Source of the DNA: Sedimentisphaerales bacterium
Lineage (GTDB): Bacteria > Planctomycetota > Phycisphaerae > Sedimentisphaerales > SM23-30
Length of the DNA stretch: 64,000 nucleotides
Strand: one strand, 5' to 3'
Assembly (NCBI GenBank): GCA_963666285.1
Contig: OY762711.1
A model generated the notes under the pieces. The model had not been told where the DNA came from. It made no database searches and was given only the letters and a program-made list of their open reading frames with translations. The translations under genes were made by a program, and so were the position numbers. Below are positions 9,485 through 19,707 of this stretch, piece by piece (position 1 is the stretch's first letter; each line of letters starts with the position of its first letter).

Positions 9485-11902
9485 TTGAAAAAAGAAATCC
9501 TTATAGGTCTATCGTTTATAATCTTGTTTTCATTTCATGCCTTAGCTGGGTTTCAGCCGGATGAAACACTTTTAAAATTGGCACATAGTGAATGGAATGA
9601 TGTTCAGCTTCAATCTTATGATTTGCATAACAGCAATTTTACTAATGAGCAAATGGAATATAAAGTCAGACAGGCAGTTATCTGGCTGGAAACGGCACAA
9701 AGGCTTGTAGGCAGCAATGCTGAGGTTTTTGAAAACTTAGAGTATCTCTATCGATCAGAAATGGTCAATGATCCGGGCAGAGCAATGGATGCCTTATCAA
9801 AATACAGCGACCTTAAACCTAAAGATAATCTTTGTGTTGATGGGTGGATGAAATACAGATTAGGTCAGTTAAATCAAAGAAGCCGACGGGATTATTTTAT
9901 TGAATCAATGCAGCCGAATTTGACCGAATACCCGATGGTGTTGTCAGACATGTTGACTTTACGCGGTATTTTTGCTGCCGAACAGGGAAATATCGATAGT
10001 GCCGCAATTATGTTCGAGAATGCATGGAATTTATGGCCATATAATGTTGATGCTGGGGCCAGGTTGCTGTCTCTTCCTTTATTGCAAGTAGACACAGAAA
10101 ATCCTTCGATTTCAGCAGAAGAACAAGAAAGTATAAAACTTCAGATAGAGCAAAATCATCTTCTTAGATCTATTTATTATCGCGTTATGTGTTTGACAAA
10201 TAACCCGAATAACATTGATATGGCCATAGAGTTGGCTGATTTATTATATTCATTAAATAAATTTGATAAAGCCGCTCAATTCTATTCTCATGGGATCAAA
10301 CTACTTGAACTAAGCGATAATGAAAATAGTAGTGCCGTCTTGAATGGCTTAATATTTAAGCATGCAATATGTATGTATAATATTGGAAGATACCAGGAAT
10401 GTATCAATATCCTTTCCAAAATTCAAGTGACTGATTTGGATTTGCCTACAACTGCCTTACAGATATTAGCCTTAAAAAAATTAGAGAATAATGTTGATGC
10501 TAATGAATTAATCAAGTTGGTAAATTCTTACGTAGATAGTTTGAATATCGAAAATATTGATAAAGAACAATCGAACCGGATTTATATCGATTTGGCCTGG
10601 TTATATTGCTTCGCAGCGGATGATATTGAGAAAGCAAAATCGTATGCAGCGAAGGTAGTTTATGAAAATGACAATCCTCCATCTTTAATTGTTTATATAA
10701 ACTACATATCTGGTGTCTTACAAGATAATCAATCTATCGTTGATAACTACGTAGGAGAAGATCCCCTCTCAATCTTTACGGCTGCCTTGTTAGATCTCAA
10801 TAATAGCAAATCTGCCGAGGCTTTAGATAAGCTTGAGCATGCAATTAATTCATCTCCAGGGGTTCTTTATTGTTTTATTAAAGATAAAATCAGTCAAATT
10901 AATAATCAAAATGTTCCCGATGTTGCCCAGCAGGATGTCATAGATTCAATCTTCAAGCTATTCTCAAATGAAATACTGGATATTGCTTTCAACCCTGAAA
11001 AATATATACAGTACAGTATCAATTCTGGCCAGAAAGTATATAAATATAATGACGTTATCGTTGCGGATATTTCAATAACCAATATCTCCCAGGTTGACCG
11101 CATAATTGGTTCTTCGGCACTGATAGACCCTTATGTATATATTTATGCTGAAATAGCTCCGGTATTAAGTGGAGATATAAAACCTAAAATATATCCGATT
11201 ACGTTGAGATATCTGGCTCAAGAGCCGGTACTGCGACCTGGTTTTTCTAACACTGTAAAAGATGTTTTCAGTATCGGAAAGGTAGATGATATATTAAGTA
11301 TTTATCCTCAAATGGCTTATGAAATAAAATATTACTGTATCCCATCGCCGTATATTGAAAATGGAAAAGTTTTTTCAAATACCCCTAAACTGATCCCCGA
11401 ACCTGTTGCTGTTGAGAGACGGGCATTTAACCCTTCGCCTCAAAGAGTTTCAAGTTATTTCAATATGCTGCGTTCTGGGCAACCTGATGAAAGAATTGAG
11501 GCTGCAAATCTATTCGCTTCAATCTTAGGTGAAAATAAACTAGCATCAAAAAACAAATTGTTTTACCAGTCGGCCAAGCTTGACTACAAAAAGACAATTT
11601 CTTCGATTGTAGCTAATTTATCTCACGAAAATCCCTCAATACGTGCATGGACGATTTATTCTTTGAGAAGATTACTCAAGGATGACAAATATATTCTCAA
11701 CGCAGTTACAGCTAAGCTGGACGATCCTGACTGGCTTGTCAGATTGATGGCATTAAATGTTCTGCATGATGCAGTAAATATTGACTCAGTTATTAAATGG
11801 TTTGCTGAAAATGAGAAAGATGAGACAATTCTCAGACAAATTCATTTATGGCAGGGTAAGGAATGGGAGATAATTGATTTACCTTTTGATATACCTGAAT
11901 AA
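9485..11902 (+). CDS. Secreted TPR-like protein with C-terminal HEAT repeats
   Basis: Signal peptide, helical repeats, C-terminal LSHENPSIRAW and LDDPDWLVRLMA HEAT-like motifs. Confidence 0.65.
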   Translation: MKKEILIGLSFIILFSFHALAGFQPDETLLKLAHSEWNDVQLQSYDLHNSNFTNEQMEYKVRQAVIWLETAQRLVGSNAEVFENLEYLYRSEMVNDPGRAMDALSKYSDLKPKDNLCVDGWMKYRLGQLNQRSRRDYFIESMQPNLTEYPMVLSDMLTLRGIFAAEQGNIDSAAIMFENAWNLWPYNVDAGARLLSLPLLQVDTENPSISAEEQESIKLQIEQNHLLRSIYYRVMCLTNNPNNIDMAIELADLLYSLNKFDKAAQFYSHGIKLLELSDNENSSAVLNGLIFKHAICMYNIGRYQECINILSKIQVTDLDLPTTALQILALKKLENNVDANELIKLVNSYVDSLNIENIDKEQSNRIYIDLAWLYCFAADDIEKAKSYAAKVVYENDNPPSLIVYINYISGVLQDNQSIVDNYVGEDPLSIFTAALLDLNNSKSAEALDKLEHAINSSPGVLYCFIKDKISQINNQNVPDVAQQDVIDSIFKLFSNEILDIAFNPEKYIQYSINSGQKVYKYNDVIVADISITNISQVDRIIGSSALIDPYVYIYAEIAPVLSGDIKPKIYPITLRYLAQEPVLRPGFSNTVKDVFSIGKVDDILSIYPQMAYEIKYYCIPSPYIENGKVFSNTPKLIPEPVAVERRAFNPSPQRVSSYFNMLRSGQPDERIEAANLFASILGENKLASKNKLFYQSAKLDYKKTISSIVANLSHENPSIRAWTIYSLRRLLKDDKYILNAVTAKLDDPDWLVRLMALNVLHDAVNIDSVIKWFAENEKDETILRQIHLWQGKEWEIIDLPFDIPE

Positions 11903-12158
11903 TAACACCCCTTGTTGTGTAAGTGTCATATTTACAGGTGGTTACATGTGGTGATTGGCTTTCATGCTCAAAATATCCATAATTATTACTCGGGATATCA
12001 TAATATCAGCAATTATTATAGATATTTTGGAATTCAAACTAAAAAAAACTTGTCATAATCTTCTAAGCAAACTAAAATCATTGAGAATATACTTTTGATG
12101 TAAATTATTTATATTTCGATTGTTAGTAACAAGCCAAAAGCTTGAAAGTGAGGCATAA

Positions 12159-12521
12159 ATGGAACCTGGAATACCAAAAATTGAAGTCAACCATCATGAC
12201 GGTGTTGTTCAAGTTGAGTTTCTTGTTGAAGAAATTCTTGAAGAAGCTGTTATTACTGATATAACTGATACTATTCTTCAATTAGTGGAAGATAATCCGG
12301 GTCTCAACTTGTTAATCAGTTTTAAAAATGTGGCTCATTTCAGTTCTAGCGCTTTGGGAATGTTGATACGTATACATAAACGCATTGAAGAAGTAAATGG
12401 AAAGTTACGTTTATGTAACATTGTTCCAACGTTATATGAGATATTTGTAATTACAAAGTTAAACAAACTCTTTATGATTTTTGAAAAGCAAGATCAGGCC
12501 ATTAAGAGCTTTGAAAGATAA
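12159..12521 (+). CDS. STAS-domain anti-sigma factor antagonist
   Basis: VAHFSSSALGML, GKLRLCN, FVITKL. Confidence 0.9.
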   Translation: MEPGIPKIEVNHHDGVVQVEFLVEEILEEAVITDITDTILQLVEDNPGLNLLISFKNVAHFSSSALGMLIRIHKRIEEVNGKLRLCNIVPTLYEIFVITKLNKLFMIFEKQDQAIKSFER

Positions 12522-12524
12522 GTA

Positions 12525-12941
12525 ATGTGTGATATGAGCTCATATACTGAAATCACGGTTCAGAGTTCTCTGGAGAAACTGAGAAGTATCGAAAACCAAA
12601 TTTTAGATACAGCCGAACAGTCCGGTTTTAACTCTGCTGATATGTTTGCCATCCGCTTATGCCTGGAAGAAGCATTAACAAATGCGGTCAGGCATGGTAA
12701 TCATGAAGATATGACCAAATCTGTAACTGTTAGATATCGTCTAACAGAAATCGAGTTGGAAATTATTGTTGAAGACCAGGGTAGCGGGTTCAATCCGAGC
12801 CAGGTTCCTGATCCAAGATGTGAGCAGAATATTTCTAAACCTGGTGGTCGCGGTTTATTATTAATGAAGTCTTATATGGATAAAGTTGAATACCTTGGAA
12901 GGGGTAACATTGTTCATCTGATAAAAAGGAGAAACAGGTAA
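12525..12941 (+). CDS. RsbW-like anti-sigma factor / Ser kinase (HATPase_c_2)
   Basis: EEALTNAVRHGN, VEDQGSGF, GGRGLLLM. Confidence 0.92.
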   Translation: MCDMSSYTEITVQSSLEKLRSIENQILDTAEQSGFNSADMFAIRLCLEEALTNAVRHGNHEDMTKSVTVRYRLTEIELEIIVEDQGSGFNPSQVPDPRCEQNISKPGGRGLLLMKSYMDKVEYLGRGNIVHLIKRRNR

Positions 12942-12974
12942 TTTGTATAGTATATTGCTTGCAAATGGTGTTTA

Positions 12975-13328
12975 TTGATTATGAACAATTTTGATATTAA
13001 AATTAATAATACTCCAGATTACTCTGTAATTACACTTATTGGTCAGGCTGATATGCTGGTGGTAGAAAAGTTAGATAAAGCTTTTAATGCATTATTGAAA
13101 ACTCCTGAAGTTAATATAATAGTAAATCTCCGGGATTTAGATTTTATATGTAGTATTGTATTGAGCTGTTTTATTCGAGCCCATCGTGAATGTGGAAAAA
13201 TTGACGGAAAACTCATTTTTGCTGAGATTCCGGATTCTATTCTAAAATTATTTCATACAACACAGCTTGATACATTTTTTACCTTAAGCGATACTGTAGA
13301 GCAGGCATCGCATGACTTATGTAAATAG
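12975..13328 (+). CDS. Second STAS-domain anti-sigma factor antagonist
   Basis: LDFICS, GKLIF, LFHTTQLDTFF. Confidence 0.85.
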   Translation: MIMNNFDIKINNTPDYSVITLIGQADMLVVEKLDKAFNALLKTPEVNIIVNLRDLDFICSIVLSCFIRAHRECGKIDGKLIFAEIPDSILKLFHTTQLDTFFTLSDTVEQASHDLCK

Positions 13329-13343
13329 CAGGAGACTACTGTT

Positions 13344-14015
13344 TTGGTTTTAAGACAATATCAATCATGGATGATTTTACTTGTGGCAATGGTATTTCTG
13401 CTTGGTGGTTGCGCTGATGAAACTATGTATTCGCAAGCAGATCCAAAACCTACTTTCCAGCAGGTATTTGATATTCCGGGAGCTAACCACTCATCGAAAG
13501 ATTTGTATGGCATAAATAATAACAATACTTATAGACCTCATCAGTGGGCGCCTCCTGCTGATTTAGAGGGGACTCGAAGGTGGGATGGAATAATTATCCA
13601 TCATTCTGCAACCGATTTTGGTGATGCGATGACTTTTGATGTTTCGCATAAACAAAGGGGATGGGATGAGTTAGGTTATCATTTTGTAATTGATAATGGT
13701 AACAACTCAAACGGCAACCCAGATGGGCTAATTGAAATTGGCTCTAGGTGGCTTAAACAAAAGCATGGAGCACATTGCAGAGTACGTCTTGATGATGATA
13801 ATTATTGGAATGAACATTATATAGGAATATGTCTTGTTGGTAATTTTGAGAAACATTCTCCTACTGAGGCACAGTACAAAGCATTGCAAAATTTAGTTTA
13901 TTTCCTGAAGAATAGATATAATATTACATCGAGCAAAATAATCGGTCATAGCGATGCTGATAAGGGTACAGTGTGCCCCGGCAGATTATTTAATTGGAAA
14001 AAAGCTAATTTATAA
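13344..14015 (+). CDS. N-acetylmuramoyl-L-alanine amidase (Amidase_2/PGRP-like) lipoprotein
   Basis: Lipobox LGGC; IIIHHSAT, GYHFVI, GAHC, IGICLVGNF, GH...CPG Zn-ligand motifs. Confidence 0.9.
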   Translation: MVLRQYQSWMILLVAMVFLLGGCADETMYSQADPKPTFQQVFDIPGANHSSKDLYGINNNNTYRPHQWAPPADLEGTRRWDGIIIHHSATDFGDAMTFDVSHKQRGWDELGYHFVIDNGNNSNGNPDGLIEIGSRWLKQKHGAHCRVRLDDDNYWNEHYIGICLVGNFEKHSPTEAQYKALQNLVYFLKNRYNITSSKIIGHSDADKGTVCPGRLFNWKKANL

Positions 14016-14042
14016 TCACTATTTACGTGGTACTACATAATA

Positions 14043-14306
14043 ATGGCAGAATATTCAAAATATCAGCAAAATTTAATTAAAAACTACTATGAGAACCTTG
14101 ACGCAATATCAATTCAGAAATTGCAGGAATTAGTAACGGAATTGTATCTTTGTGAATCAGAAAAAAAGATGAATATGCTATGGCAGCGTGTTGAAAAAGC
14201 GATGATTAAAATGAAAATTCATCCTCAGATTCAGGAACATATATTGGCAAGAAAAGATGTTAAAGTGCTTGCAAATAATGTTGAGATGTGGCAGAAGAAA
14301 AAATAA
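14043..14306 (+). CDS. Hypothetical protein
   Basis: 87-aa helical ORF in operon context. Confidence 0.75.
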   Translation: MAEYSKYQQNLIKNYYENLDAISIQKLQELVTELYLCESEKKMNMLWQRVEKAMIKMKIHPQIQEHILARKDVKVLANNVEMWQKKK

Positions 14307-14364
14307 AAGTCACACATAATATTTTAATATTGTAACCGTAGAGATTACAGGTTAGGAGTTTTAT

Positions 14365-15300
14365 ATGGAACGTTTACAAAAAGTAATGGCTGATGCCGGA
14401 ATTGCTTCACGAAGGCACTGTGAAGAAATTATTTTAGAAGGCAGAGTTATGGTCAACGGCAAAGTGGTAACAGATTTGCCCTTTATGGTTGACAAAACAA
14501 AAGATAGAATAGTAGTGGATGAACGTAGAATTCGGTTTGATCATAAAGTTTACTATTTACTTAATAAGCCTACTAAAGTTATTTGCACAAACTATGACCC
14601 TTCTAATCGTCGCAGGACTGTCGATTTGCTGCCTGGTGTCAGAGAGCGTGTGTATCCTGTAGGCAGACTGGACGCCGATTCTCAAGGCCTTGTTCTTATG
14701 ACAAATGATGGCGATCTGGCGAACGAATTAACTCATCCCAAATATGGGGTTCCCAAGAAATATATCGTTGAAGTGGCAACTTGCATTGAACCCTCTGATA
14801 TTGAAAAACTTATCAGGGGATTTCATATTTCACATAGCGGCAGAGCTTCAATGGATAAAGTTAAAGTATTAAAAAGAGAGCGAAAATATTCATTATTGGA
14901 GATTACTCTCCGTGAAGGCAGAAATCGTCAGATACGGAAAATGCTGGCCAGACTTGGCCACAAAGTCAGAAAATTAACCAGGGTAAGCTTTGGCCCCTTA
15001 GAACTTAAAGGAGTCGGAGTAGGCAATTATAGGCCTTTATTGCCGGTAGAAGTAACTTCCTTAAAAAAATCTATTGCGAAGTATAAGGCTATGGCAAAAA
15101 CTGACTCTCAAGCTAAACCAAAGCCAAGAACGCGATTAAAGGCATCAGAAGAATCATCCGGCCCAAGGCCCCAGGCTGTTGCCAAAAAAACAATCAAAAA
15201 GAAAGTAAATAAAAAAATAATCAAAGCAAAAGTTAAAAAAGTATCACGTAAACAAACCATAAAAAAAACATCAATAAAACGGGCAAGAAATAAACGCTAA
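14365..15300 (+). CDS. rluB: rRNA pseudouridine synthase (RluB/RsuA family) with a Lys-rich tail
   Basis: S4 domain ERLQK...GIASRR, YPVGRLD, EGRNRQIRKM. Confidence 0.88.
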   Translation: MERLQKVMADAGIASRRHCEEIILEGRVMVNGKVVTDLPFMVDKTKDRIVVDERRIRFDHKVYYLLNKPTKVICTNYDPSNRRRTVDLLPGVRERVYPVGRLDADSQGLVLMTNDGDLANELTHPKYGVPKKYIVEVATCIEPSDIEKLIRGFHISHSGRASMDKVKVLKRERKYSLLEITLREGRNRQIRKMLARLGHKVRKLTRVSFGPLELKGVGVGNYRPLLPVEVTSLKKSIAKYKAMAKTDSQAKPKPRTRLKASEESSGPRPQAVAKKTIKKKVNKKIIKAKVKKVSRKQTIKKTSIKRARNKR

Positions 15301-15423
15301 AAGCATATCATAGCCGCTTGCATGTTTTATAATAACAAAGTAAAATAGTTTTAAAATTTTTATTGTTCAGTTTTATGCTTAAAGCATGTAAATAACTTAA
15401 TAGTAAGAGGATATGAACAGCAA

Positions 15424-16350
15424 TTGGAACTGACATTAACACTTGATAATCCTGCTACAAGATTGAAAGTTTTTGGCTCTGCTGACTGTAACTTGCGATT
15501 ACTCAGAGATTTATGCAATGTTAATATTTCAGCACGCCAGGATCGTCTTATGATTTCCGGTCCTAAGGAGGCTGTGCAGGTGGCAGCTGCGCTATTCCAA
15601 AAAATGCAAGAGCATATAGAAATATCGCATTCCATAGACAAAAATGACATCATAATGTTAATGAAAGATGTTGAGTCCGAAGATGCTTCACGACTATCAT
15701 CTAACAGGCTGAATGTTTATATCAGTGGGAAGTATATCGAGGCCAGAACCAAAGGACAGAGAAAATACCTTGATGCTATAGACAAAAATGATATGGTTTT
15801 CTGCAGCGGACCTGCCGGAACCGGTAAAACTTACCTTGCGGTTGCGGTTGCAGTATCAATGCTGAAAAAAGGGCTTATCAGGCGAATAATTTTAGCCAGG
15901 CCTGCAGTTGAAGCAGGTGAGAAACTTGGTTTTCTGCCCGGCGATCTTCAGGCAAAAGTGAATCCGTACTTAAGGCCTTTATTTGATGCTTTAAGCGATA
16001 TGATGGAATACAGCCAGATTAGCCGGTTCATGCAGAATGATGTTATTGAAGTTGTCCCGCTGGCGTTTATGCGAGGCCGAACATTAAATGAAGCTTGTGT
16101 TATTCTGGATGAGGCTCAAAATTCAACGGTCTCACAGATGTTAATGTTTTTGACTAGAATGGGTAATGAATCGAAAATGATTATAACTGGCGATGCCGGA
16201 CAAAGCGATTTGGATGACCAGGAAAAATCTGGTTTATCTGATGCAGTGATTCGCCTTAAATCTATTAAAGGAATTGGTATAGTTAAACTATCTGATACTG
16301 ATATTGTCAGACATAAACTTGTTCAGAGTATAGTAAAAGCTTACCAATAG
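15424..16350 (+). CDS. phoH: PhoH-family ATPase
   Basis: GPAGTGKT, RPAVEAGEKLGFLPG, FMRGRTL, DEAQN. Confidence 0.95.
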   Translation: MELTLTLDNPATRLKVFGSADCNLRLLRDLCNVNISARQDRLMISGPKEAVQVAAALFQKMQEHIEISHSIDKNDIIMLMKDVESEDASRLSSNRLNVYISGKYIEARTKGQRKYLDAIDKNDMVFCSGPAGTGKTYLAVAVAVSMLKKGLIRRIILARPAVEAGEKLGFLPGDLQAKVNPYLRPLFDALSDMMEYSQISRFMQNDVIEVVPLAFMRGRTLNEACVILDEAQNSTVSQMLMFLTRMGNESKMIITGDAGQSDLDDQEKSGLSDAVIRLKSIKGIGIVKLSDTDIVRHKLVQSIVKAYQ

Positions 16351-16362
16351 TAATGACAAATC

Positions 16363-17898
16363 ATGCCACCTAAAAAGAAAATTAAAAGAGTAGATTCAAG
16401 TAAAGTAATAGAAAGCCAGTGGGCAGCTAGAAAAAGAGCATTTATGGAATCTGGAGCACCTTTTTCAATATTGATGCTTCTGGGATTTGTTTTTCTTGTT
16501 CCCTTTGCGATGTCTTTAGGGACAGTTAACGAGTCGAATGAACGAATTTTCTGGTGTTTACCTGCGATTAACTTATTCTTTATTGAATATGTCTTGATGT
16601 TAATTTTAGCTATTGGTTTTTCTCTTTATGTTCTGGCACATGAGCCTGGTTTAATGAAAAACCATTTCAGGGCATTTCAGATATTGATTATCCTTTTTTT
16701 AATGCTTATGCTTCAGAGGGTATTTGTTTACAAAAACTGGTCAGCTTTTCTAATGGTAGTACCGGTTATGCTTACTGGCATAACAATGACCGTAGCGTAT
16801 AACCAGCGATTTGCACTTGGAATCAGTTCATATCTTATTATCATATGTTTGCTTGCTCAGGCTGATTATTTAACGGACTTTCGCAGGGGGCTTGGTGTAC
16901 TTATTGCCGGCGGTTGCGGTGTTGGCGTAACCATATTACTCCTGCGGAAAATTCGTACATTCACCAGGGTAATTGAAGTTTCAGCCCTGGCTTCGGTATT
17001 GATTTTTATTGTTGTGTTTGTTTTTGGGTTGTGGATTTCAAGATCTGAAGATATTAAATCCATATTTATTGACTGTGCTTACGCTTCTATTGGTTCGCTT
17101 GCTAGTGGTTTTCTCATTCAAGGGATTTTGCCTTTAATTGAAAAAATGTTCCATACCTCAACGGATATGAGTTTGCTGGCATATGGTGAAGCAACTCAAC
17201 CTTTATTAAAAAGACTTGCCGTTGAAGCTCCGGGCACTTTTAACCACAGTTGGCAAATAGGCATGCTTTCAGAAGCTGCCGCTGAGGCAATTGGCGGTAA
17301 CGGGCTGCTCTGCAGGGTAGGGTGCTACTATCATGATGTCGGCAAGCTGAATAAGCCTAGATATTTTATTGAAAATCAACAGGATAGTTTTAACCAGCAC
17401 AAAGAGCTGTCTCCTACGATGAGTAGAATGATTATTGTAGGGCATGTAAAAGATGGTATGGAGCTGCTTGAAGAGTACAAAATTCCTATCATCTTACGAC
17501 AGTTTTGCGAAACTCATCATGGCACGACCTTGGTGCAGTATTTTTATCATCAAGCAACCCAGAAAAGCTCTGAGACTGGTGAAATTGTTGAAGAAGCTGA
17601 ATTTAGATATCCCGGACCTAAACCAAGGAGTAAAGAGGCTGCTATTGTGATGCTTGCTGATGTTGTTGAAGGTGCTACTCGTGCAATGAAAGACCCTACA
17701 CCCAGCAGGATAGAGTCACTTGTTCATTCCATGGCGATGAAAAGACTTCAGGATGGCCAGCTGAACGATTGTGATTTGACAATGCGTGAGTTGGCATTAA
17801 TTGAGAATTCCCTGATTAAAAGCTTATGTGCTATGTATCATGGGCGTATTAGTTATCCAAGTGGTGATTCCGGTGAGTCAAAGAACAAACAAGCGTAG
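16363..17898 (+). CDS. Membrane HD-domain phosphohydrolase (7TM-HD/PgpH-like)
   Basis: Multiple TM helices, then APGTFNHS, YYHDVGK, YFIENQ, HHGT, FRYPGPKP. Confidence 0.9.
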   Translation: MPPKKKIKRVDSSKVIESQWAARKRAFMESGAPFSILMLLGFVFLVPFAMSLGTVNESNERIFWCLPAINLFFIEYVLMLILAIGFSLYVLAHEPGLMKNHFRAFQILIILFLMLMLQRVFVYKNWSAFLMVVPVMLTGITMTVAYNQRFALGISSYLIIICLLAQADYLTDFRRGLGVLIAGGCGVGVTILLLRKIRTFTRVIEVSALASVLIFIVVFVFGLWISRSEDIKSIFIDCAYASIGSLASGFLIQGILPLIEKMFHTSTDMSLLAYGEATQPLLKRLAVEAPGTFNHSWQIGMLSEAAAEAIGGNGLLCRVGCYYHDVGKLNKPRYFIENQQDSFNQHKELSPTMSRMIIVGHVKDGMELLEEYKIPIILRQFCETHHGTTLVQYFYHQATQKSSETGEIVEEAEFRYPGPKPRSKEAAIVMLADVVEGATRAMKDPTPSRIESLVHSMAMKRLQDGQLNDCDLTMRELALIENSLIKSLCAMYHGRISYPSGDSGESKNKQA

Positions 17899-17904
17899 TT
17901 ATTT

Positions 17905-18387
17905 ATGAATGATTTATATATTTCTATCGAAAACTCTATACCTGGAATTATTCCTGGGTTAAACACCGATGAACTGGAAAATGTCTGTTTAACGGTACTT
18001 GCAAGAGAGAAAATCAATTCAGCGGATATAAATATAGTAATTGTAGGTGATACTGAAATCACTGCCTTAAAAAAAGAGTATTTTAATATAGACCAGACAA
18101 CTGACGTTATCAGCTTTAATTTAACAGAAGAGGATTCTGGTACTTCATGCCTTGAGGCTGAAATTATTGTCAATGCTGAAATGGCATTGCGAGAAAGTAA
18201 AATAAGTAATTTTCCACCACAATCAGAGCTGATTTTGTATATTGTACATGGCCTACTGCACCAATTGGGCTACGACGATCAGTCTGAAGAAGATTATTAC
18301 AGGATGCACAACAGGGAAAATGAACTACTGGATGAGCTTGGCTATGGAAAAGTCTTTGGCTGTCCGGAGTGGAATGATAACAATTAA
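17905..18387 (+). CDS. ybeY: rRNA maturation endoribonuclease YbeY
   Basis: TDVISF, HGLLHQLGYD. Confidence 0.92.
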   Translation: MNDLYISIENSIPGIIPGLNTDELENVCLTVLAREKINSADINIVIVGDTEITALKKEYFNIDQTTDVISFNLTEEDSGTSCLEAEIIVNAEMALRESKISNFPPQSELILYIVHGLLHQLGYDDQSEEDYYRMHNRENELLDELGYGKVFGCPEWNDNN

Positions 18388-18402
18388 TTAGGTAAATTAT
18401 AC

Positions 18403-19707
18403 GTGGAAGACATTGGAAGTATAGGCTGGTTAGTAGCAATAATATCGTTAATGATGACTGTGTTTTTTTCTTTTTTGAAAAGATCGCTAATGGATGTTTC
18501 CTGGCCTGAATTAGAGGATGCTTTTGAAGCTAATAAAGAGATTGAAAAGCTTGATTATTTACGAAATAAAATAGACAAATTTATAGTATCAGCTAGTCTG
18601 GTTTCGCTTGTATTTTTGTTACTGTTTTCTATTACAATTGTATTTTGGCAGATATCTGGATATGAAAGCATCTCATTAATAACCTTCAAGACTATTATGA
18701 TTATTATTGCGATCTGCTTTGTATCTTTAAGTGTTTTTTATGTTGCATTGCCGCAAATGCTTGCTTCATGTTGGGGTACCGGAGTTATTGTTTTTAGCCT
18801 GCCGCTGCTGAAATATATTGAGATTATCCTTATGCCATTAATTTTATTATTATTTAGTATAGAATCAATTCTAAATAAAATGGCAGGCATAACAGATGAG
18901 TTTTCACCTGAAAGAATTGAAAAGAAGCAGGAAGAATTGCTCAGTATTGTGGAGGAAGGTGAAAAAGAAGGCTATGTCGACGAAGAACAGCGAGATATGA
19001 TTGAGTCTGTACTGGAATTTCAAGGTACGACAGCCGGAGAAATCATGACTCCGCGAACAGAGATGTCCAGTATTAATTTTGATATTGGTATTGACGAAGT
19101 GGTTTCATTCATACTCGAAGAAGGCCATTCGAGATATCCTGTCTATATTGATAATATAGACAATATTACAGGTATGTTATATTCCAAGGATTTACTTCAA
19201 TACGTAGGCAGTTCGGAAAGGCCAAATAGTATTGAATCAATACTAAGGGAAGCTTTCTTTGTGCCTGAAACAAAATCGTTGCGTGATTTACTGCATGATT
19301 TTAAAGAAAAAAAAGTGCACATTGCTATAGTTCTTGATGAATATGGCGGTACCGCAGGATTGGTAAGTTTTGAAGACATTCTGGAAGAGATTGTTGGTGA
19401 AATTGAAGATGAGCATGAGCATCCCAGATCTGAACCTGTTAAGGTTATTGATGATAAAACTTTCGAAGTTGATGCCCGGACTGAAATTTATGACCTTAAC
19501 GATCAATATAATTTGAAATTACCTGAAGATGAAGATTATGAAACTTTGGGCGGGTTTGCTTTTTCGCAAATGGGACATATCCCAATGGTAGGTGAAACCT
19601 TTTCTTATAACGGGTATTTATTCACTATCATAGATGCAGAAAGAAGAAAAATTATAAGATTAAAGATTGAAATAAATGAACACGAACATGAAAGTCAGGA
19701 GATATAA
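18403..19707 (+). CDS. HlyC/CorC (CNNM/DUF21-CBS) family transporter
   Basis: N-terminal TMs, IMTPR, HSRYPV, VLDEYGGTAGLVSFEDILEEIVGEI, CorC_HlyC tail. Confidence 0.92.
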   Translation: MEDIGSIGWLVAIISLMMTVFFSFLKRSLMDVSWPELEDAFEANKEIEKLDYLRNKIDKFIVSASLVSLVFLLLFSITIVFWQISGYESISLITFKTIMIIIAICFVSLSVFYVALPQMLASCWGTGVIVFSLPLLKYIEIILMPLILLLFSIESILNKMAGITDEFSPERIEKKQEELLSIVEEGEKEGYVDEEQRDMIESVLEFQGTTAGEIMTPRTEMSSINFDIGIDEVVSFILEEGHSRYPVYIDNIDNITGMLYSKDLLQYVGSSERPNSIESILREAFFVPETKSLRDLLHDFKEKKVHIAIVLDEYGGTAGLVSFEDILEEIVGEIEDEHEHPRSEPVKVIDDKTFEVDARTEIYDLNDQYNLKLPEDEDYETLGGFAFSQMGHIPMVGETFSYNGYLFTIIDAERRKIIRLKIEINEHEHESQEI

